The position numbers and the translations under genes were made by a program. A model generated the notes under the pieces. The model worked only from the letters and a program-made list of their open reading frames with translations, made no database searches and was not told the origin of the DNA. From contig SKLD01000077.1 of NCBI GenBank assembly GCA_007123395.1, positions 1-43,540 on the forward strand: a stretch of DNA of 43,540 nucleotides. Reading direction: 5' to 3'. The stretch comes from Opitutales bacterium. GTDB lineage: Bacteria > Verrucomicrobiota > Verrucomicrobiia > Opitutales > Oceanipulchritudinaceae. This document shows, in pieces, positions 10,704 through 18,188 of this stretch. Every line of letters starts with the position of its first letter. Position 1 is the stretch's first letter.

Positions 10704-11960
10704 ATGAAATGGTTTTGTATCTGGTTGGTTCTCTTCGCGGGTTCACAGGTCTGCGGCGCGGCAGCGCGCGTGCTTGTGGAGTGGAACACCGCCATGTTGG
10801 AGGCTGTCCAGTTGCTCACGCCGTCACCCTGCCTCACATCACGCAACCTCGCGCTCATCCATCTCGCTGCCTTTGATGCCGCCAACGCCGTGGAGGGTGG
10901 CTACGAGCCGTATCTCGATATCGATCCGCCTGAGCCGGGGACCGATGCCGCGCTTGCCCTTCTCGGGGCCGTCTCGGCCGGGGCGAGGGCACACTTTCCG
11001 GCCAGCCGTGCTTCCTTCGACGTGTTGTTCCGTGCGCACCGCGAGCGGCTCTCCAGCGGCGTCAGCGCGACCGTGGCGGATGCTTCCGTGGCCTACGGTG
11101 AGGCTGTTGCGCGCGCTCATATTAATGCCCGCGCTGATGATGGAGCGACGACCACCGTCACCTACCGTCCTGTTGATGCAATCGGAAAGTGGCGGCGCAC
11201 AGCGCCGCGCTTCCGTCCTCCGGAAGTTCCGCATTGGCCCATGGTGCGTCCTTTTGCCGTGCCGGACGCGTCGGCCTTCCGTCCGCCGCCCCCGCCCGCG
11301 CCGGGTTCACCGGAATATGCCGTGGCATGGGAAGAAGTGCGGCGGCTCGGTGCCCGTGTCTCTGCGGAGCGCACAAGTGAACAGACGGAAACCGCCGAGT
11401 TTTGGTCGTGCTTTTCCTACACCTCCACGCCGGCGGGCCATTGGAACGAAATCGGTGCCCGCATCGCTCTTGCCGAAGACATGCCGCTCCTCGAGACCGC
11501 ACGCCTGCTTGCTCTCGTCAATGCCGCCATGGCCGATGCCGGGATCGCGTGTTGGGACGTGAAATACCATTATGGTTTCTGGCGACCGATCCAGGCAATA
11601 CGTCTCGCCGACCGCGACGGCAACCCTGCCACCACAGCCGATCCGGAATGGGATTCGCTCCTCGAAGCCCCTCCGCATCCCTGTTATGTATCGGGCCACG
11701 CTGCCTTCAGCGGCGCGGGATCGCGCATGCTCGGACACATTCTGGGGACAGACGAATACACGTTTACGACAACAAGCAGCTCGCTGCCGGGGGTGGAACG
11801 GACTTACCGCAGCTTCTCCGCATGCACGGACGAGATCTGTATGAGCCGCGTCTACGGGGGCATCCATTTCCGCTTCTCCAACGACGCCGGGCGCGTCATC
11901 GGTGAGAGTGTGGCGGACGTGGTCCACACGGCCATCCTGAGGCCGCCGGTAAGACGCTGA
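10704..11960 (+). CDS. Secreted PAP2-superfamily protein, vanadium-dependent haloperoxidase / acid phosphatase-like
   Basis: The signal peptide is MKWFCIWLVLFAGSQVCGAAA. The three PAP2 motifs are in order: K-x6-RP (KYHYGFWRP), SGH (YVSGHAAFSGAG) and SR-x5-H (SRVYGGIHFRFSND). Confidence 0.8.
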   Translation: MKWFCIWLVLFAGSQVCGAAARVLVEWNTAMLEAVQLLTPSPCLTSRNLALIHLAAFDAANAVEGGYEPYLDIDPPEPGTDAALALLGAVSAGARAHFPASRASFDVLFRAHRERLSSGVSATVADASVAYGEAVARAHINARADDGATTTVTYRPVDAIGKWRRTAPRFRPPEVPHWPMVRPFAVPDASAFRPPPPPAPGSPEYAVAWEEVRRLGARVSAERTSEQTETAEFWSCFSYTSTPAGHWNEIGARIALAEDMPLLETARLLALVNAAMADAGIACWDVKYHYGFWRPIQAIRLADRDGNPATTADPEWDSLLEAPPHPCYVSGHAAFSGAGSRMLGHILGTDEYTFTTTSSSLPGVERTYRSFSACTDEICMSRVYGGIHFRFSNDAGRVIGESVADVVHTAILRPPVRR

Positions 11961-12058
11961 CGCGGAACTCTCTCGCCCGCTCCAAGGGCCGCCTTACGGT
12001 GAAGAGCGTGCCCGGCGAGGGCACCACCGTACGTCTCGCAATGAATCAAAAACGGTAG
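11957..12058 (+). pseudogene. Possible 3' remnant of a histidine-kinase ATPase domain
   Basis: This short open frame has no usable start and reads LTRNSLARSKGRLTVKSVPGEGTTVRLAMNQKR-stop. It resembles the G2/G3-box end of HATPase_c domains (GG-x-I-x-V-x-S-x-PG-x-GT-x-F). It is only about 33 codons, so the evidence is weak. Confidence 0.2.
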
Positions 12059-12942
12059 GTCGCGGTTATGCCCAAGCTTGGCGCCGGACCCGTTCGGAAG
12101 CGGTCGATCTGCGTGCCGCCGCGCCGGACCTCGAAATCGCGCCGGTGCGCAAGCGACACGAAGGGCTGCACCATCCATCCAGCTTCCGAGCGAAAGCGGT
12201 AGGCGAGGGAGAGCGTCCAGCCCTTTTCTTCAACAGTGGCGCGGCCGGGTTGGCCCGATCCTCCCGGATGGGTGCGGAACTGGTGTGAATCCCAGAGCAC
12301 GGACGCCTCGATCCAGTGTCGCTCGTCGGCTTGCACATCGTAGCGCACAATGACACCGTTGGCGGTGGTCACGCGCCAGTGCTCGTCCGGCGTCCAATCA
12401 AGGTAAATAATGGGAAGGAGGCGGTTTGAGCGGTCGAGCCGGGACATGAAGAACGCACCCCCGCCAAGCGTGAGATCAGGACTGAAACGGTGTTGTACGA
12501 CGCCGCCTCCCATGTAGGTCGTGCCGCGCCGCACGGACACGCCACGCTCCGCCGCGGTGCGCACACCGCCGATGAGCTGGTATCCCCAGGATTCATCGAC
12601 ATACTGCACCCAGCGGCCCCCGAAATCCACCTCGCGCACGTTGCCCCAGCGGGCCGGTTGTGCGTCAAAGCGGTTGCGCGTCTCGGCGACATATAGACCG
12701 GCGGCGAGGAAGGCCCCCGGCACGATGCCCTGCGAATACTCGATCCCGGTTTGCACGCGCGTCGAGCGTATCGAATCTTCGCGGTCGCGGATCCCTTTCG
12801 AGGGCATATGCACGGTCTTGGCGGAGAGCCGCACGACAGGATCGCCGGGAACGGTGGCCTGCGCTAAAGTACTGGCTGGGATGGGAAAAAGCAGCGAGCA
12901 CCCGAGGGCGACTGCGGAGAAGGCGTTGTTGATCGGCAACAT
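12046..12942 (-). CDS. Putative outer-membrane beta-barrel protein
   Basis: The signal peptide is MLPINNAFSAVALGCSLLFPIPASTLAQA. Alternating hydrophobic/polar strands rich in Gly/Tyr/Arg run throughout. The C-terminus LGITATYRF ends in Phe, a typical OMP sorting signal. Confidence 0.6.
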   Translation of the reverse strand: MLPINNAFSAVALGCSLLFPIPASTLAQATVPGDPVVRLSAKTVHMPSKGIRDREDSIRSTRVQTGIEYSQGIVPGAFLAAGLYVAETRNRFDAQPARWGNVREVDFGGRWVQYVDESWGYQLIGGVRTAAERGVSVRRGTTYMGGGVVQHRFSPDLTLGGGAFFMSRLDRSNRLLPIIYLDWTPDEHWRVTTANGVIVRYDVQADERHWIEASVLWDSHQFRTHPGGSGQPGRATVEEKGWTLSLAYRFRSEAGWMVQPFVSLAHRRDFEVRRGGTQIDRFRTGPAPSLGITATYRF

Positions 12943-13156
12943 CGGGATGCGAACGTAGCGGAAAACGCGCGGATGCCAAGAGGTTTCCGCAGATTTGCAG
13001 CTTCCTTGTCAAGGCGGTCGAACGAAGACAGCTGGTCGGTGAGGAAGGGCGCGGGCTTCTCGATGCCGCCCGTCGATACCTGCGGTTGACGCACTTCCCT
13101 CCCCTCTAACGCCGCTTCCGCGTCGTGCTCGCCGCCGGGCCTGCCGGCCCCTGAGC

Positions 13157-14860
13157 CTACACGCGGAAAATGGCGCCGAGCTTCTTGCCGAGGAGGAGGC
13201 TCGCTCCGATGATGGTGACGGCGAGGAAGGCCATGGCCCAGACACCAAGAGCGCTGGCAATGAAGCGTCCGTCGCCGAGGAACTGCATCAACTCGAAAAT
13301 GGCTTTGGTGATCGGGTAGTACTGGGCTTTCTGTGCGAGGATGAGCGAGTCGGACACCTCGAGCATGGACTGCGAGAAGGCGAGGAGACCACCCGCTAGC
13401 AGGTTGGCAAGAATGAGGGGCAGGGTGATGCGGAAGGCCGTCTTGAGCGGGGGCGAACCGAGGTTCTGCGCGGCTTCCTCGTAGGTTTCGCTTGTCGTCT
13501 GTAATCCCGCCACGGCAGAGCGCACGACAAAAGGCAGCTTACGTACAGCGTAGGCGATGATAAGCAGAACGGTGGGGTTTTCGACGGCGTTGATGAAGGA
13601 GAAGAATTTGCCCTCTTGGCTCATCGCAAGGTAGCCGAAGGCCATGACAAGGCCCGGCACGGCAAGGGGAAGCATGGCCATGGTGTCCAGCGCGTGGCGG
13701 CCGGGCAGACGGGTGCGCACGACGACAAAGGCGATGCACACACCGAGGACGATGTTCAGGGCGGTCGCAACGCTGGCGTAAAAGAGGCTGTTGCGAATGG
13801 ATGACACTGTGAGCGGGTGACCGAGCGCCAGCTCGAAGTTGCGCAACGTCCAGTCGAGCGGAAGGATGCTCGCGTACCAGTCTCCCGCAAAGGCGACGAG
13901 GACGACGCCCGCGTGCGGCAGCAGGGCGGCGAGGATGACGCCGCCGAAAATCAGCACGCAGACCGCCTGCCCGAAGAGTCCGGGCCTCCGCGCACCGCCC
14001 GCGTGGCTCGCCTTGGCAAGCATGGAAAAGGTGTTCCGTCCGAAGAGGCCCTTGCCCACGGCGTAGAATAAGACGGAGAAAAAGAGCATCACCGCGACGA
14101 GTGCGTAGGGGAAGGGGCTGCCCCCGATGTCCTTGATGCCGAAGAAAATCTGCACCGAGGTAAGACGTGAGTAGTCGAAGATCAGGGGCACGCCCAGCTC
14201 CGTGAAAGCCCAGATGAAGACGATGGTGCATCCGGCGAAGAGACCCGGACGCATGAGCGGGAGTGTGATCTTGAAAAAGCGCTTGAAGCCGCGGCATCCG
14301 AGATTCTCCGCTGCTTCCTCCATCGCGGGGTCGATGTTGGCGAGAGAGGCCACCGCGTTAAGGTAGAGGATCGGATACAGGCTCAGTGCCGTAACGACCA
14401 CCACGCCCCAGAACTGCCCCTGGCCCAACCAGTCGATGGTCTGTCCCTCCGCGAGAATGCCGACCGTTTCGAGAAACGCGTTGACGGCGCCATACTGCCC
14501 GAAAATCTGCTTCACGCCGATGGCACCGACGAAAGGCGGCAGCATGATCGGTAGCAGGACGAGACCCATGAACAGTTTTTTGAACGGAAATTCGTAGCGG
14601 TCGGCGATAAATGCCAGCGGTACGGCGATAAGCAGCGAAAGAGTCGTCGCAAAGATAGCAAGTCCGAAGGAATTCAGAAGTCCCTCAAGGTAGATCGGGT
14701 TGCGGAAGACCTCGACGATATAGGCGAGGGTGAATTCGCCGGCGTCGTAGAAGCCGCCCTGCAGGATCTGCCAGATGGGCCATAAGAAAAAGGCCCCGAA
14801 AAACACCAGTGTGAAGATGTATACGGTTATCGCTAATGGCTTCGACATCGGTCCGGACAA
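13157..14860 (-). CDS. Fused two-domain ABC importer permease (Fe3+/thiamine FbpB/ThiP-type)
   Basis: There are about 12 TM segments and two EAA loops: EEAAENLGCRGFKRFFKITLPLMRPGLFAG and YEEAAQNLGSPPLKTAFRITLPLILANLLAG. No cognate ATPase or binding-protein gene is adjacent in this window. Confidence 0.85.
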   Translation of the reverse strand: MSGPMSKPLAITVYIFTLVFFGAFFLWPIWQILQGGFYDAGEFTLAYIVEVFRNPIYLEGLLNSFGLAIFATTLSLLIAVPLAFIADRYEFPFKKLFMGLVLLPIMLPPFVGAIGVKQIFGQYGAVNAFLETVGILAEGQTIDWLGQGQFWGVVVVTALSLYPILYLNAVASLANIDPAMEEAAENLGCRGFKRFFKITLPLMRPGLFAGCTIVFIWAFTELGVPLIFDYSRLTSVQIFFGIKDIGGSPFPYALVAVMLFFSVLFYAVGKGLFGRNTFSMLAKASHAGGARRPGLFGQAVCVLIFGGVILAALLPHAGVVLVAFAGDWYASILPLDWTLRNFELALGHPLTVSSIRNSLFYASVATALNIVLGVCIAFVVVRTRLPGRHALDTMAMLPLAVPGLVMAFGYLAMSQEGKFFSFINAVENPTVLLIIAYAVRKLPFVVRSAVAGLQTTSETYEEAAQNLGSPPLKTAFRITLPLILANLLAGGLLAFSQSMLEVSDSLILAQKAQYYPITKAIFELMQFLGDGRFIASALGVWAMAFLAVTIIGASLLLGKKLGAIFRV

Positions 14861-15030
14861 GAGTGTTTCAGTGCGCGCAGAGGTTCGGCACCGAAGGTGC
14901 CCGCGTCAAGGCTCGGGACCGAGAAAGCTCTATTTGCTTCCGGTTTCCGTCTGATTGTGACACGGTTGTCACCATGCAAATGCAGCGCACCGTGCATAGT
15001 GCCGGGCGCGGGGCACACCATACCAACCGA

Positions 15031-15744
15031 ATGAAATTTCAGAGCTACGGAGAAACCCACCCGGGCCGCGTGCGCGAGCGCAACGAAGACGCCGTCCTTG
15101 TCCGCGGGGATCTTGGGCTGTTTGCCGTCGCCGACGGCGTCGGCGGCCTGCCCGACGGGGATTACGCCAGCAGCCGTGCGCTCGAACTCCTGTCCGATAA
15201 AATCGGCGAAGCGGGGGCCGTCGCCGTCGTGGACCTCGAAGGGATCCTTGCCGGGATCAACCGGACGATCTTCCTCGAAGGGCGCCGCCGGCACCCCCGT
15301 CTCGGCATTGCTACGACACTGACCTGCCTGCTTTGGCGCGACGAGCGCATCCGGATCGGACACACGGGCGATTCCATGATTTGGCGGCTACGCGACAACC
15401 ACCTGCGCACAATCACCACCGAACACACCGTGGCGGCGGAAATCCAAGGCCGCCGCGAATCCGTGCCAAGCGAGAAAATGCCCGATCAGTTCTACCATAC
15501 GCTCACCCGATGTATCGGCGAGAGCGATCCCTTTGCCCCGGAGATCATCGCCATGGAGGCCATCCCCGACGACCGCTTTCTTCTCGCCACCGACGGCCTC
15601 ACCAAGGTCGTCCGCCGCCAGGAAATCCACGCCCTCCTCCACGCCGCCCGCACTCCGGAAGACGCCGTCAAAGCCCTCATGAAAAAAGCCCTCGCCATGG
15701 GTGCCCCCGATAACGTCAGTATCGTCGCCCTCTTTGTCGCCTGA
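15031..15744 (+). CDS. PP2C-family Ser/Thr protein phosphatase
   Basis: The protein reads MKFQSYGETHPGRVRERNEDA, FAVADGVGG, LLATDGL and APDNVSIVALFV, the canonical PP2C metal-binding motif series. I chose the ATG at 15031. The track ORF starts at 14836 and would overlap the divergent permease. Confidence 0.85.
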   Translation: MKFQSYGETHPGRVRERNEDAVLVRGDLGLFAVADGVGGLPDGDYASSRALELLSDKIGEAGAVAVVDLEGILAGINRTIFLEGRRRHPRLGIATTLTCLLWRDERIRIGHTGDSMIWRLRDNHLRTITTEHTVAAEIQGRRESVPSEKMPDQFYHTLTRCIGESDPFAPEIIAMEAIPDDRFLLATDGLTKVVRRQEIHALLHAARTPEDAVKALMKKALAMGAPDNVSIVALFVA

Positions 15745-15839
15745 GCCGGAAGGGTGCCTGAGCCGCAGTCTCAAAGCGTATAAATATCTTGAAGAAATAT
15801 CTTGTGTTTTGTCTCCGGAGGCTCTAGGGTTTTTCCAAG

Positions 15840-16847
15840 ATGGGAGAAATCAGAATAAAACGTGATGACGGGCCGGCGGTATATCATGTGACATCGCGGG
15901 TGATTCAGCGGCGTCGGTTGCTGTTGGAGGGGCAGCGGGAGGTATGGGTTGCGGCATTGCACCGTGCGGCGGAGTTCAGCGGGGTGGAGTTGATCACCTA
16001 CTGTGTGCTGGAGACGCACTTCCACATTCTGGTGCGCATTGATCCGGCGGCGCGGATGTGCGACGATGCGACCTTGGTGCAACGCTACCGCGCCCTCTAC
16101 GGTGCTTCGCGGGCGCAGTGGAGCGGGCTCAATGCGGACGAGCTGGCGCACGCGCTTGAGAAGGGAGATCCGGAGACAGCGGAGGCCCTGCGGGAGCGGC
16201 TTCGCCGTCGCATGGGGGATATCTCGGAGTTCATGCGCACCTTGCGGCAGCGCTACACGCGGTGGTTCAATCTCGCGCACGGGACGGCGGGGACGCTGTG
16301 GGCGGAGCGCTTCGGCAGCGTGCTCGTGCAGGACACGCCTTGGCTGGTGGGGCTGATCGCGGCCTACATCGACTTGAACGCGGTGCGGGCGGGTCTGGCG
16401 GATTTGCCGGAGAACTACCGCTGGTGCGGCTACGCGGAGGCGCTGGCGGGGAGGGAAGGGCTCTGCTGTGCGCTGTCCGCCTGCTTTCCTGGATCGAAAG
16501 ACAGGGCGGAGGCCCTTGCGCGCTACCGTCTGCTGATGCTCGGGAAGGGAGCGGGGGCCAAAGGCGACGGCATGGGCGCGAGGATCGACCCTGAGGCGTT
16601 GCTGGAAGCGGTGAAGAGCGGCGGGGAGTTGCAGCCGTACGAGTTGCTGCGGCTACGCGCGCGGTTTCTCACGGAGGGGCGTGCGCTGGGAACGCGCGAG
16701 TGGCTGGAAGAAGGTGAAGGGGCGCGGGTTCTTGCGAGGATGAAGCGCCCGCCGCCATGCCGGCCCGTGGAACTGCTCGACAATGTCGACCTTGCGGTGG
16801 CGCGTTCGCGGGCAAGGTCGCGCGCGGTCGAGAATCCAAGGGGATGA
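15840..16847 (+). CDS. REP-associated tyrosine transposase-like (RAYT / IS200-like Y1 HUH) protein
   Basis: YHVTSRV is followed by the HUH motif ETHFHILV and the catalytic-Tyr helix AAYIDLNAVRAGL. A long helical insert lies between the motifs. An AT-rich stretch precedes the start. No terminal inverted repeats or second IS gene were seen. Confidence 0.75.
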   Translation: MGEIRIKRDDGPAVYHVTSRVIQRRRLLLEGQREVWVAALHRAAEFSGVELITYCVLETHFHILVRIDPAARMCDDATLVQRYRALYGASRAQWSGLNADELAHALEKGDPETAEALRERLRRRMGDISEFMRTLRQRYTRWFNLAHGTAGTLWAERFGSVLVQDTPWLVGLIAAYIDLNAVRAGLADLPENYRWCGYAEALAGREGLCCALSACFPGSKDRAEALARYRLLMLGKGAGAKGDGMGARIDPEALLEAVKSGGELQPYELLRLRARFLTEGRALGTREWLEEGEGARVLARMKRPPPCRPVELLDNVDLAVARSRARSRAVENPRG

Positions 16848-16937
16848 CATCCGGACAGGTCTATGCAACCAAACGCTCTCACGCGGCGAATCGAAGGCAC
16901 CGCTGCGGCGAGCCGACCGGATTAGCTCGACAATAGC

Positions 16938-18188
16938 TCAGGCAACGCCGCCGGCGGCGATTTCTTCCTCAAGGCGGCCGCCGGAAAAGCGGGTGTAACC
17001 GGCGAGGCTGAACTCGCGGCCTTCGCTCTGTGCCCATGGGAGGTCGAGTTCGCGGAAAAGTTTTCCTGTGTTAAACGTGGTCTCTATCGCCTCGGGCAAT
17101 CCCTTTAGGCACAGGCTTTCCTCGCCGTTGACCGTTGAAGTGAATGTCCACTCCGCCGGGACATCGGAAATCCTGGCAGACTCATGGAGCGCGTTGACCA
17201 CCAGAGTGTGAGCGAAGGCCATGGAAGCCGTGCAGACTTTGGCGGAGGGGTCTTCGAGGCGCCGGAGGACGCAGTGCATCATGCTTGAGCGGACTTCATT
17301 GTAGTCGGTGAATGGATATACCTCCACCGCCTGTTCAGCGCCGTAGCGCACGATGCGAAACGGATCACAGTGAGACCACTCGACGCGGCCTTCCGAGCCC
17401 TCAATGTGCAAGACGGGTTGGACGCGTCTATCGCAGGCATGGGAGACGGCGAAAAACAACTCCGGTCCGTCGGCCGTGGTGATTCGGATGGCGGCGGTGT
17501 CGAAGTTTGTGATCGGCTTCACGCGGTAAAGGTCGGCCTCGACAACCGTTGGCCGCGCCACCTCCCGGAGGCCCTTGGCCCCTAAGAACAGCTCGAGATT
17601 AAGAAAGTGGGCCATGGCGTTGTTCACGGGTGAATCAAGGACCCAGCTCTCTCCCGCTTTGAGCTGACCCGCCCAGTTGTTGCGGTGGTAGTAGGACGGT
17701 GGTCGCGGCCAAAGACCCCAGCAGCGGATAGAGCGGATATCGCCGACGGCACCGCTCACGACCGCCTCCTTGACGGAACTCACCTCGGGCGAGTACAAGT
17801 CTTGGAAGCCGACGGCAATGAAGCGTCCGGTTTTCTTCTCGGCTTCCATCATGGCAAGGGCTTCCTGCACGGTGGCCGCGAGCGGCTTTTCCACGAGCAC
17901 GTTGGCCCCGGCATGAAGTGCTTTGATGGTCATGGAAGCATGCAGAGCGATCGGCACCGGGATTATACACAGATCGATCTTGCCCGACTCCGCCGCCCAC
18001 ATGGAGTCATCGTCCGGATAGATCCGGCAACCGGCGGAGCGCAGCTCTTCCACGCGGGCGGAGGCCTCCTCCGGATTGACAACGACCGCGGCGCGCAAGC
18101 GCAGTTGCCCGGACGCCTGCAATTGCAGGCAAACTTCCACATGCACCCGCGCGTAGCCGGTGACTCCGATGATTGCGACGTTTTTCAT
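16938..18188 (-). CDS. Gfo/Idh/MocA-family NAD(P)-dependent oxidoreductase
   Basis: The protein starts MKNVAIIGVTGYARVH (Rossmann) and contains the VLVEKPLA motif. The ATG at 18188 overlaps the upstream stop (ATGA). The track ORF extension to 18620 is Arg-rich and overlaps the upstream gene. Confidence 0.85.
   Translation of the reverse strand: MKNVAIIGVTGYARVHVEVCLQLQASGQLRLRAAVVVNPEEASARVEELRSAGCRIYPDDDSMWAAESGKIDLCIIPVPIALHASMTIKALHAGANVLVEKPLAATVQEALAMMEAEKKTGRFIAVGFQDLYSPEVSSVKEAVVSGAVGDIRSIRCWGLWPRPPSYYHRNNWAGQLKAGESWVLDSPVNNAMAHFLNLELFLGAKGLREVARPTVVEADLYRVKPITNFDTAAIRITTADGPELFFAVSHACDRRVQPVLHIEGSEGRVEWSHCDPFRIVRYGAEQAVEVYPFTDYNEVRSSMMHCVLRRLEDPSAKVCTASMAFAHTLVVNALHESARISDVPAEWTFTSTVNGEESLCLKGLPEAIETTFNTGKLFRELDLPWAQSEGREFSLAGYTRFSGGRLEEEIAAGGVA

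Noticed and set aside
12960-13156. Possible remnant of ABC partner genes or a terminator downstream of the permease (GGGCC-tgcc-GGCCC at about 13135-13150)
   Set aside because: The stem is only 5 bp with no U-tract, and translating the spacer in all frames gave nothing resembling an ATPase or binding protein.
15740-15765. Direct 9-bp repeat CCTGAGCCG x2 at the PP2C stop, upstream of the RAYT gene
   Set aside because: It is too short to distinguish from chance in a high-GC genome, and no matching copy lies on the other side of the RAYT gene, so it is not evidence of target-site duplication.
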